Of a stretch of DNA of 64,000 bases, positions 55,658 through 64,000 are shown piece by piece (the first letter of the stretch is position 1; every line of letters starts with the position of its first letter). Under the pieces are notes generated by a model. The model was not told where the DNA came from, did not search any database, and saw only the letters and a list, made by a program, of their open reading frames with translations. The DNA is from Candidatus Latescibacterota bacterium (GTDB lineage: Bacteria; Latescibacterota; UBA2968; UBA8231), in the NCBI GenBank assembly GCA_965215195.1, contig CBDCDC010000002.1, positions 1,856,001 through 1,920,000 on the forward strand. Direction: 5' to 3'. The translations under genes and the position numbers were made by a program.

Positions 55658-55984
55658 TCAGGTGGTGTTTGTGATTCGCGCACTCACAAGCCGATTCAGG
55701 CTCACCCCTTGCTCGGCCGCTTGGAGGGCGAGGGCGCGGTGCGATTCCGGCGGCAAACGCACCATGAACTTCCCGCTATAGTTGCGGTCCGCTATTGGCT
55801 CTGGCGCGGTTTCTCCGGTGGTTTGCATGTCTGCCAGACACTGGCGCACAAGGCGCTGGATGCCGGACAACGCCGCAGCAGGCGTAGGCGCTAGCCAGCT
55901 CAGCGATGGGAATTCAGCGCATAGCCCCACATGTTCGTTGTCTTCAGCCGACCACGTGATGCGATAAGTATAATGGTCGCTCAT
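55658..55984 (-). CDS. hicB: HicB family antitoxin
   Basis: 'YTYRITWSAED..HVGLCAEFPSLSWLA', 'YSGKFMVRLPPESHRALA..AAEQGVSLN'. Confidence 0.9.
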   Translation of the reverse strand: MSDHYTYRITWSAEDNEHVGLCAEFPSLSWLAPTPAAALSGIQRLVRQCLADMQTTGETAPEPIADRNYSGKFMVRLPPESHRALALQAAEQGVSLNRLVSARITNTT

Positions 55985-56229
55985 TTCATACCCTCCAATT
56001 TCTCGATTGCCTTGATGACTTGGCGGACTTGATATGGCTTGGCCATGCCCTTGGCGTTTTGGATGTTTACTCGCGGATCGCCTAGCCACGGTGTTCGGTA
56101 AACTCGATGGCTGGTGCTCTTCTGGCGCGGCTCTCCGAAATATGCGTCGCACACTTTGGCGAGATCGGCAAACCGCACCCCTTGCGGATTATTGCGAATC
56201 GCCCTGAGGATTTCTGTCGTGCTCGCCAT
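55981..56229 (-). CDS. hicA: HicA-like toxin
   Basis: 'NNPQGVRFADL.KVC..YFGEPRQ..TSH..YRTPW.GDPRVNIQ..KG.AKPYQVRQV'; overlaps hicB. Confidence 0.88.
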   Translation of the reverse strand: MASTTEILRAIRNNPQGVRFADLAKVCDAYFGEPRQKSTSHRVYRTPWLGDPRVNIQNAKGMAKPYQVRQVIKAIEKLEGMK

Positions 56230-56392
56230 AAGAATATGATGTCGATAATGATACTACATGTCAAGCAAAAGCGGCTCCTCCGTCGAGTTGTTATCACGGT
56301 CAACAGGCACGCCGCCGCCCGCGCTTGAACCCCCTCCGTCGATACTCTATCTTGACAGCCGCTCCTCCCATTCCACAGACAAAGCAAATCCC

Positions 56393-59300
56393 ATGTCCAA
56401 ACTACTCAATGTGTCCTTTTTGCTGTTCGCCGCTGCCATGATTGCGGTCGTCGGTTTTGGCGATCCGGGCGCAATCAATCAAGCGGTAAACGATTTCTTC
56501 GGCTGGGCACCCAATCCGCCCGTAGAGACGCGGCTGGTGGATCCCGCGCAAGCCGCCCAGCTACGCGCTCTAGTCGCCGATATTGACGAGGCCGACATTG
56601 CCGCTGCGATCGCACGCTTTGCGGCCTTTGGCTCGCGGGTGCCGGGCTACGACGGAGAGCGCCAGGCCCGCGACTACGTGCGCCAGCGGTTTGAGGCGCT
56701 GGGGCTGGAGAACGTGCAGAGCGAGGCGTTTACTGTGGCCGTGCCCATCGATCGCGGCGGCGAGCTAGTGGTGCAAGGCGAGCGCAAACGCCTGTACAGC
56801 TTGTGGCCCAATGGCGTACGCACGCCCTCGCTGGGGCCGGATGGGGTGCGCGGCCCCCTAATCTACGGGGGGGAACTAACCGCGCTCGATGGCCAGCAGG
56901 TGGAAGGCAGCGTCGTGCTCATGGACTTTGGCTGTGGCCAGCAGTACCTCCACGCCGCATCGCTGGGGGCCAAGGCCATCGTCTTTTTCGACAACGGCGG
57001 CGTCAACCGCGAGCAGGCCGCGGACAAGTTCCTCAAGGTGCCGGTTGACATCCCGCGATTTTGGCTCGAGCGGCGAGACGCGCTCGCGCTGTTGGCGCGC
57101 CTGCAAGACGGGCCGGTCGCCGTCCACTTAAATGCGCGGATGGATTGGCAAGGCGTGGAAGCGCACAACGTGTATGGCTACCTGCCCGGGTCGCCACAGA
57201 TGCTGCCGGCCAAGAGCCGAGAAAAGCCGCAGGCGTGGCAGGAGCAAACCATCGTCATCCAAGCCTATTACGACGCCATCTCGGTCGTGCCGGCCCTCGC
57301 CCCGGGGGCGGAAAACGCGGCCGGGATCGTCGCCCTGCTCCAGCTAGTGGAGCTGCTCAAAGCGCATCGCCCGCACTACTCGGTGCTCTTTTTGGCAACC
57401 TCCGGGCACTTTCAGGGCCTGTCCGGGATCAACGATTTCCTCTACCGGCACAGCCGCCGCAGCGACTATTTCCGCGAGCGCATGAGCGCGGCCGAGCGCA
57501 TTGACTTCGACCTGATGCTATCGCTGGATCTGTCGAGCCACGCCGACCGCACGGCCAGCTTTGGCATGGGCACCTTCTACAATCCCAAGTGGCGCACCGA
57601 CAACTACGTCAAATACATGTTGACGCCCTATTCCAAGCGGTTGAGCCTCGCGGTTGAAGAGACCTTTGGCGACACCACGCGTCACTACGAGGGCATTGCC
57701 CCGCCCAAGCGCACGTGGAAAAACTTCATGCCCATCCCGCTCGCCTTTGCCAGCGAGGCCGCGGCCTTCGTCGGCTATAAGGCCCTCGCCCTCGCTACGG
57801 CCAACGACGCACGCGAGCACATCGACACGCCGCTCGACCTGCCGGAGGCCGTAGATGTGCACAATCTCACTCGGCAGATACGGACGCTCGCGGCCATGTT
57901 GGCGTGGGCCGGCCGCGACGCCGAGCTGCTCAAGCCGACCAAGTTGGAACTCGAAGACTACGGCCACAGCTTGGCGGGCGCGATCTATTGGTTCGACCGG
58001 GACGTCAACTTTGCCGTCCCCAAGAAGCCAGTGCCGCAGGCGCTGGTGACCTATCAGCAGCTCGGAACGAACTCGGTCGGCGGAGTTCGCACCTTGATCG
58101 CGCAAGAGGCCGACGATGCGGGCCGCTTCCACTTTGACATCATGCGCAACAAGCTAGACAACGCCATCCGCGCGTACGAACTCGATCCCTACGGCGCGAT
58201 TATCTCGGCACCGGACATGGGCCAAGAGGGCGACGAAACGTACCCGACCATGCATCCGTGGGGCTGGTGGGAAAACGAGATGCTGCAAGTGCTCTTCAAA
58301 TGCCGAGCGCTGAGCTTGTTCGAGACCGTTGACTCGCGCTACCTGTCGGTCTTGGACCACGTGACCGTACTCGACGAGCGCGATGGCGTGCCCCAGTCGT
58401 GGGGGGCCGATTTCGTCGAAAAGCAGAGCAATGAGGAGGGCAAAGTAACCCTCGCTGCGGTGGTGTACGCCCAACCCGGCACCCGGGTCAAAGTCCTGAT
58501 GAGCACGAGCCTGTTCGGGGTGCGCTACCTGCTGAGCGGCGCACCCGCCGAATGGGTGGCCGAGCCGGTGCGCCCGGCCGACGTGGATGAGCCCATGATA
58601 GAGCAGGCCCTCGGGCGCGGCTATCCCGTGGATCGAGGCGTGGTGCTCCGCCCGGGGTACGCGGCCGCGCGCGACATGTGGGTCCTCGACGACGTGCGGA
58701 TCAAGCAGCTCGCACGCTACGGGGTGCGCAACGACAAGTTCATGCGCCTGCACGAAGAGGCGCGCTTGGCCCTGTTGGAGGCCGAAGAGCACTTGCAGGC
58801 GCAGCGGTACAGCGAGTTCAAGCGGGCCACGCGCAAGGCGTGGGGTCTCGAAGGGCGGGGCTACCCAGACATCAAATCGACCGCGGACGACACAGTCTAT
58901 GGGGTGATCTTCTACTTCGCGCTGCTGCTGCCGTTTTCGTTTTGCTGCGAGCGGCTGTTCTTCGGCTTTGCCGACATCCGCCGCCAAGTGGCGGGCGCGG
59001 CGTTTTTCTTCTTGGCGATCTTCCTCGTCATGCGCTTTATCCACCCGGCCTTCAAGCTGAGCTCATCGCCGTACATCATCTTTTTGGCCTTCGTCATTTT
59101 CGCCATCGGCGGCACGGCCCTGCTGATGATCTTGGGCCGCTTTACCCGCGCCGTAGGCCAGCGCAAGCGGGCCGCGGCCGGCGTCCACGAAGCGGACATC
59201 GGTCGCCTCAGCGCCACGGCCGCGGCCGCGTCGCTGGGGATTTCCAACCTGCGCAAGCGCAAGTTGCGCACCGCCCTGACGGTTGTCACCCTGACGCTTT

Positions 59301-61006
59301 TGACCTTTACGGCCCAGGCCTTCACCTCGGTGCAGAGCTATCTCAAGTTCTATCAGATCCCCCGCCCGAATGCGCCCAGCTACGAAGGGGCCCTGCTGCG
59401 CGACCGCGGCTGGAAGGGCTTGCAGCTATCGGTGCTCGACTATGCAGAGAGCGCGTTTGGCGACCGAGCGCAGGTGCTGCCGAGGTCGTGGGTGACCTCC
59501 AAGGTCATTGGCGAGCGGGCCTATATCGACATTGAACACAAGCTGGCGCAGAAGAAGAGCTTTGCCTCGGCCCTCCTCGGGGTGACCCCGGGCGAGGGCG
59601 CGGTGATGGGGTTGGAGGGGCTGTTGGTGGGGCCGGCGAGCCGCTGGTTTGCGGCCGGCGAGCGCGATGTGTGCATCCTGCCGGTGGCTATGGCCGCGAT
59701 CTTGGGCATTGGCCCGGACAAGGTGGGCACGGCCCACATTGGGCTGATGGGGCGGTCCTATCGGGTCATTGGCTTAATCGACGGCGAGGCCATTGACCGG
59801 CTGCGCGACTTGGACAACGAGAGCCTGATGCCCGTGGACACGGTCGCCGAGGCCAAGAAGATGGAGGAAATGGCCGGCTTGGACCCGCGCCTGATGGACA
59901 CGGCCGCGATTGAGACCTTTACCCATCTGCTGGCCAACAACGTGGCGTTCTTGCCCTACCAGCAGGTCGTCGATTTGGGCGGTACGCTGCGCTCCATTGC
60001 CATTGCCGGCTTTGCCGATCGGGAGACCTTGCTCGCCGAGGTTGAGGAATTCGTGTCGCGGGTGGCCGTGCCGCTCTTTGTCGGGGCTGGCGACCGCGTG
60101 CGGGTGTACACGTCCATGGGATCGGCGTCTTTGGCCGGGATTGGCAACCTCTTCGTGCCCTTGTTGATCGCCTCGCTGATCGTGCTCAACACCATGCTCG
60201 GGGCCGTGTACGAGCGCTCCGGCGAGATCGGGGTGTATTCGTCGGTGGGGCTGGCGCCGAGCCACATTGCCGCGCTCTTCATGGCCGAGGCCCTCGTGTT
60301 TGCCATTGTCGGCGCGGTGCTGGGCTATTTGGTCGGGCAGACCACGACCCTGCTGCTGGCGCACTACGCGCTCTTGAGCGGAATGTTTCTCAACTACTCG
60401 TCGCTGTCGGCGATCTTCTCGACCTTGATCGTAATGGTGGTGGTGGTGCTCTCGACCCTGTATCCGGCGCGCAAGGCCGCGGCCATGGCCGTGCCCGACG
60501 TGACGCGGCGCTGGGAGTTTCCCCCGCCCGATGGCGACGACTGGCGCTTTGACTTCCCCTTTACGCTGGGCAAGGGCGATGCCTTGGGCTCGTGCGCGTA
60601 CTTGCACCGGGTCTTTTCGTCCTATGGCGAGGGATCGGTGGGCGACTTTATGACCGAGGGCGTGGATTTCCACTTGGAGCAGGGCGGCGCACAGCCGGTC
60701 TATTTGCTGGAGCTGATGGTGTGGCTCGCGCCCTACGACTTGGGGGTGAGCCAGCGGGTGTTCCTACGCACCTTGCCGACCGACGACATTCCGGGCATTT
60801 ACCGCATTGAGATGCACTTACAGCGCATAAGCGGCGATGTGGTGAGCTGGCAGCGGCTCAACACCAGCTTCCTCAATGTGCTGCGCAAGCGCTTCTTGGT
60901 CTGGCGGACGATTGCGCCCGAAGTGCGAGAGGAATACTTGATTGAGGGCGAGAAGTTGGCGCAGGGGACGGGGGTGGCGCAACCACAAGTTCTAGATATT
61001 AGCTGA
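56393..61006 (+). CDS. Large membrane protein: degenerate M28/PA peptidase-like domain fused to MacB/FtsX-type ABC permease domains
   Basis: 'FGSRVPGYDGE', PA-like region, 'AYYDAISVVPALAPGAE'; TM cluster; 'ISNLRKRKLRTALT'; FtsX 'NTMLGAVYERSGEIGVYSSVGLAP', 'LYPARKAA'. Confidence 0.8.
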   Translation: MSKLLNVSFLLFAAAMIAVVGFGDPGAINQAVNDFFGWAPNPPVETRLVDPAQAAQLRALVADIDEADIAAAIARFAAFGSRVPGYDGERQARDYVRQRFEALGLENVQSEAFTVAVPIDRGGELVVQGERKRLYSLWPNGVRTPSLGPDGVRGPLIYGGELTALDGQQVEGSVVLMDFGCGQQYLHAASLGAKAIVFFDNGGVNREQAADKFLKVPVDIPRFWLERRDALALLARLQDGPVAVHLNARMDWQGVEAHNVYGYLPGSPQMLPAKSREKPQAWQEQTIVIQAYYDAISVVPALAPGAENAAGIVALLQLVELLKAHRPHYSVLFLATSGHFQGLSGINDFLYRHSRRSDYFRERMSAAERIDFDLMLSLDLSSHADRTASFGMGTFYNPKWRTDNYVKYMLTPYSKRLSLAVEETFGDTTRHYEGIAPPKRTWKNFMPIPLAFASEAAAFVGYKALALATANDAREHIDTPLDLPEAVDVHNLTRQIRTLAAMLAWAGRDAELLKPTKLELEDYGHSLAGAIYWFDRDVNFAVPKKPVPQALVTYQQLGTNSVGGVRTLIAQEADDAGRFHFDIMRNKLDNAIRAYELDPYGAIISAPDMGQEGDETYPTMHPWGWWENEMLQVLFKCRALSLFETVDSRYLSVLDHVTVLDERDGVPQSWGADFVEKQSNEEGKVTLAAVVYAQPGTRVKVLMSTSLFGVRYLLSGAPAEWVAEPVRPADVDEPMIEQALGRGYPVDRGVVLRPGYAAARDMWVLDDVRIKQLARYGVRNDKFMRLHEEARLALLEAEEHLQAQRYSEFKRATRKAWGLEGRGYPDIKSTADDTVYGVIFYFALLLPFSFCCERLFFGFADIRRQVAGAAFFFLAIFLVMRFIHPAFKLSSSPYIIFLAFVIFAIGGTALLMILGRFTRAVGQRKRAAAGVHEADIGRLSATAAAASLGISNLRKRKLRTALTVVTLTLLTFTAQAFTSVQSYLKFYQIPRPNAPSYEGALLRDRGWKGLQLSVLDYAESAFGDRAQVLPRSWVTSKVIGERAYIDIEHKLAQKKSFASALLGVTPGEGAVMGLEGLLVGPASRWFAAGERDVCILPVAMAAILGIGPDKVGTAHIGLMGRSYRVIGLIDGEAIDRLRDLDNESLMPVDTVAEAKKMEEMAGLDPRLMDTAAIETFTHLLANNVAFLPYQQVVDLGGTLRSIAIAGFADRETLLAEVEEFVSRVAVPLFVGAGDRVRVYTSMGSASLAGIGNLFVPLLIASLIVLNTMLGAVYERSGEIGVYSSVGLAPSHIAALFMAEALVFAIVGAVLGYLVGQTTTLLLAHYALLSGMFLNYSSLSAIFSTLIVMVVVVLSTLYPARKAAAMAVPDVTRRWEFPPPDGDDWRFDFPFTLGKGDALGSCAYLHRVFSSYGEGSVGDFMTEGVDFHLEQGGAQPVYLLELMVWLAPYDLGVSQRVFLRTLPTDDIPGIYRIEMHLQRISGDVVSWQRLNTSFLNVLRKRFLVWRTIAPEVREEYLIEGEKLAQGTGVAQPQVLDIS

Positions 61007-61037
61007 CTGAGAAAGACGCCTTAGCACTGTTCGGAGA

Positions 61038-61472
61038 TTATTCCTCTTTTACGGCACCCAACTGCATCGCCGGGTTCTCGATTTTTTCTTTGGAGGCGGC
61101 GGTAGCGAGTTTTTGATCGAAGGTCGCCAGCTTGGCCTTGCGGCGGATGGCTGTTGCCAAATAGCTGGCATCGTATACAGTCAGGTCGTGGCGTTGTGCG
61201 AGGTCCAGAACCGTGGCTTCGTCGCGTGCGGTGTCCTCGCATAATGAAAGCTCGTCCGCGAGCTGAATCAGGCAGGTATCAAAATGCCGTTGGTCTATGC
61301 GCTTACGACGTTTCGCCCTGAGCAAAACGTTGCGAATCTCATACCAAAAAATGATCGGCGCGATGCGCTTTTCGGTATCCAATTGTTCCAGCAAAGCGCG
61401 GGCAAAGTCACTATGCTCTTCGTCGGGCAGTAGCTGGGCCGCTATCACCGAAGCGTCGATTACCGTAGCCAT
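61038..61472 (-). CDS. vapC: VapC family PIN-domain toxin
   Basis: 'VIDASV', 'WYEIRNVL', 'LTVYDASYL', 'LATFDQKL'; all four acidic PIN positions present; TGATG overlap with the Res gene. Confidence 0.9.
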   Translation of the reverse strand: MATVIDASVIAAQLLPDEEHSDFARALLEQLDTEKRIAPIIFWYEIRNVLLRAKRRKRIDQRHFDTCLIQLADELSLCEDTARDEATVLDLAQRHDLTVYDASYLATAIRRKAKLATFDQKLATAASKEKIENPAMQLGAVKEE

Positions 61473-64000
61473 CAACGCCGGCCCTCTTCTTTCCAGTGGC
61501 GAATTTCCTGCTGCGTCACCGGCCGCATCTGCCGCTGGCGTTCACTCGATGTTTTAAGTGCTCTTCTCCAGATGAACGCGCCCAATGTCGGGTACTCGGT
61601 GGTAAACTCGTCTTGGTTGATGCGCGTGTACTTCCAAGATTTGCCGGTGATTTTGCTTACGCGCTTGCACCAGTCCCGCGCTGCGGCGTCCTTTTCGGCA
61701 GTGCCTTCCCAGACTCGGCCTTTGGTTTCGATGATCCAGTTCACTTCGCTGCCTTGGGTCTCTTGGACCACTACCCAGTCGGGATAGTAGAAGCCGATGG
61801 CACCGCTAGGCTTTAGATAGTCGATGCGGAACACGGTTCCGGAATTGCCCTGTTCCGTCGTCCCAAGTGCTGCGAAGCGCACGACATCTCCGGAGCGGTC
61901 CAAGAACGCTGCGAAGCTACGCTCAAAGCCGTTGTAGGTGGCGACGAAATTGAAAATAGTTTTCTTCGCCTCCAACGGCGGCAAGTTTCTTCTCCAGCTA
62001 AAGGGTTTCGTCAGGGATAGACGATAATCCTCTTTCTCGAACTCGACTGTACGCCGCTCGATGGTGAGCGCAGCGATCTCGCGGGCCATGTATCTGGCAA
62101 TACCCTCCTGCAACTCTAGCCGTGCCAGATGCGAGCGGATAGTTCCATCGGCCAGTTCGATTTTTCGCCCAAAACAACGGTTCACCACATAGTCCTGCAC
62201 AAGCGGATACATCTCCGCGAAGCAGTTGGTTAGCTTGGCATAATCAGCGGTCTTGTTGGCAATGCTCGCTAGAAGCTCTTGGGCGGGCCGTGGCTCCATA
62301 GCAATGTCGGCTTGATGTACCTCAGTCGCCGTGGTTGTGAATTGCATCTTCAGGCTGACCTGAAACGGTTCGGCTAGTTCTTCTTGGTCGAAAATCGCTT
62401 CAAGCGAATACACATCCAAGGTGGACAGCTTGCGGAAATTATGCGTTAGGCTTGGCTTGGTGACTGGAATAGCGATGTCGTACTTCAGCCGCTCTTGCAC
62501 AGGCCCGATGATGACCGGCAGCGGCGGATTGGTGTCAGTACTGGCTATACCGACTCCCTCGGCTTCCAGTTGATCTCGTAGGACTTTGAGCAAGTTTCGC
62601 GTGCCAAGCACCTCTAGGGTCTGCGTTTGGTCGGGGCTTACCTGTGTCATCAGGCGCAGTCCGCGACCAATCACCTGTTCCGGGAGTATCTCGGCTTGTG
62701 CAGTGAAAGGCCGCAATCCCAGTACCACTGTCACGTTGCGTACGTCCCACCCTTCGCGCAGCATCATCACGCTGACAATAGCTTTAATTTTACTCTCGGC
62801 CTTGTCGATGTCTCGCGCTGCTTGCCGCGCCTTGTCAATGTCTCCTTTTCGAACTTCTCCCGTATTGTTCGTGTGGATGATAAGCACCTCGGATTCCTTG
62901 AAGCCGAATTCCTTGGTCTTCCACAGGCACTTCCCCAAGGCGTCTGCATAGAGATTCTTCTCAGCCATGACAAAAAGTACCGGCCTAGTGTTGAGCTTGT
63001 TGTAGGTTTGCCAGTGTTCCTTCCAGCGCTGCACAGCGGCCTGTAGCCAGTAGCCGTACTTCTCCGCCACGTTTTCCTTGGTAACCCCGTCGGGGTCTTC
63101 GGTTGGCTGATTCGGATCATTCTCTTTGGTGACGATGAGCGGTGCCTTGACGATTTTGTCCTCCACGGCTTGTGCCAACGGGTAGTCCACAACCGTCCAA
63201 GGGAAGTACATGCCATTTTGGTCTTTCGGCGTGGCCGAAAAGTCGAGCCAAGCGTAGAGGCCCTGTGGCAGAGAGTTGTGAATGGCGAGCAGCGATTGAC
63301 TCCAAGCCAAGTCCTCGTCGTGGACGTGATGTGCTTCGTCATTTAGCACGACGAGGTCCTTTAGCGATTTCACGCGCTCCAGCGTGGAGTGCTGACCGGA
63401 TGACGCGAGGTCCTGTGCGGGCTTCTTGCCCAAGAGGGCTTCAACGGCATTTTCCGGTGTCCACTCCTCGTCGCAAGATTCGTAGAGTTGGTGAATGTTG
63501 GTGAGGAATAGATTCCCGGACGGGTCTGGCTCGGCGGCCTCGCCGCGCAGAATCACCTTTTGCGCGAAGCTGCCTTTCCACTCTGGTGGGATCAAGGGCA
63601 ATTCATGGAATATCCGGTTGTCGGCAAAATCCTTTTCTAATCGCTGATAGACGATCACATTGGGGGCGACGATGAGGAAGTTCGTGGAGAGATCCGAGCC
63701 GGGTACGCGCTGCTTGTGGAAGCGCGACCAGACGACCGCCATGGCCATCACCCAGGTTTTGCCCGAACCAGTGGCCATCTTGAAGGCGAAACGGCGCAGG
63801 TCTTCGGGCGGTAAGTCTTGGACGCCGTCTCGGTCCAGTTCCGGCACGTAGCGACGAAGCTGTCGCTGGCCGTTCATTGTGGTCTGAAATTCGATATTAT
63901 TCGAGAATAAGTCTTTCTGAGTAATTTTTCCGTACGTCTCAATGAGTGCCTTGGCATCTCGCTGCCCGGCGATCTCTACTAGCCACACCAGCGTCTCGAT
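61472..64000 (-). CDS. Type III restriction enzyme Res subunit (5'-truncated by window) with antitoxin-like C-terminal extension
   Basis: FKMATGSGKT, DEAHH, 'MLREGWDV', 'EQVIGRGLR', nuclease 'YYPDW...IIETKG'; frame is open to the window edge. Confidence 0.9.
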   Translation of the reverse strand: METLVWLVEIAGQRDAKALIETYGKITQKDLFSNNIEFQTTMNGQRQLRRYVPELDRDGVQDLPPEDLRRFAFKMATGSGKTWVMAMAVVWSRFHKQRVPGSDLSTNFLIVAPNVIVYQRLEKDFADNRIFHELPLIPPEWKGSFAQKVILRGEAAEPDPSGNLFLTNIHQLYESCDEEWTPENAVEALLGKKPAQDLASSGQHSTLERVKSLKDLVVLNDEAHHVHDEDLAWSQSLLAIHNSLPQGLYAWLDFSATPKDQNGMYFPWTVVDYPLAQAVEDKIVKAPLIVTKENDPNQPTEDPDGVTKENVAEKYGYWLQAAVQRWKEHWQTYNKLNTRPVLFVMAEKNLYADALGKCLWKTKEFGFKESEVLIIHTNNTGEVRKGDIDKARQAARDIDKAESKIKAIVSVMMLREGWDVRNVTVVLGLRPFTAQAEILPEQVIGRGLRLMTQVSPDQTQTLEVLGTRNLLKVLRDQLEAEGVGIASTDTNPPLPVIIGPVQERLKYDIAIPVTKPSLTHNFRKLSTLDVYSLEAIFDQEELAEPFQVSLKMQFTTTATEVHQADIAMEPRPAQELLASIANKTADYAKLTNCFAEMYPLVQDYVVNRCFGRKIELADGTIRSHLARLELQEGIARYMAREIAALTIERRTVEFEKEDYRLSLTKPFSWRRNLPPLEAKKTIFNFVATYNGFERSFAAFLDRSGDVVRFAALGTTEQGNSGTVFRIDYLKPSGAIGFYYPDWVVVQETQGSEVNWIIETKGRVWEGTAEKDAAARDWCKRVSKITGKSWKYTRINQDEFTTEYPTLGAFIWRRALKTSSERQRQMRPVTQQEIRHWKEEGRR

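Noticed and set aside
54315-55781. 488-aa alternative-frame ORF and similar long antisense ORFs elsewhere
   Set aside because: Typical high-GC shadow frames over well-supported genes
56232-56275. Possible HicB operator and promoter upstream of hicA
   Set aside because: TTGACA is present on the minus strand, but the palindrome is too degenerate and the -10 is unclear
1-64000. CRISPR array, tRNA, rRNA, integrase or transposase
   Set aside because: No regularly spaced repeats, cloverleaf or rRNA-like sequence, or recombinase motifs were seen by eye
1-64000. Impression that CTAG is unusually frequent for a high-GC genome
   Set aside because: Cannot be quantified without a tetranucleotide count against a Markov expectation

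Overview
High-GC bacterial chromosome window. The gene content (FlgD/T9SS-CTD-like tail, 'TAVE..SWG.VK' C-terminal motif, NHL and L-domain proteins, AAA-PD-(D/E)XK gene, many RM and TA genes) suggests an FCB-group organism such as Ca. Latescibacterota, possibly host-associated; this is inference. Layout: (1) 1-8.2 kb, minus strand: RND efflux pair, M48 peptidase, and an SDR/SplB-like radical SAM/nucleoside-phosphorylase group split by an OM-barrel gene and an internally deleted C5-MTase. (2) 8.3-27.4 kb: housekeeping and envelope backbone (dapF, Omp85-peptidase fusion, BamB-like, yicC, archaeal-type cmk, coaBC, udg, dnaB, obgE). It carries inserted cargo: an AAA ATPase, a 90-bp MITE, a frameshifted PIN TA pair, a udg/coaBC chimeric scar, an orphaned m4C MTase and a Bpu10I-family type II RM pair. 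(3) 29-51 kb: a large, mostly unannotatable envelope locus with two paralogous ~980-aa Asp-rich OM proteins, paralogous lipoproteins, a CTD-cargo plus PorV/PorP-like pair, a 1090-aa TPR protein, ExbB + 2 ExbD without TonB, a PPIase and an OPT-like transporter. (4) 51-61 kb: NHL pair, DUF6785-like membrane protein, hicAB and a degenerate-M28/FtsX fusion. (5) 61-64 kb: a type III restriction Res subunit whose C-terminus looks like a Phd/VapB antitoxin tail, translationally coupled to an intact VapC toxin. The best novelty candidates are this Res-antitoxin/VapC fusion and the TonB-less ExbBD envelope operon. No rRNA, tRNA or CRISPR array was seen.
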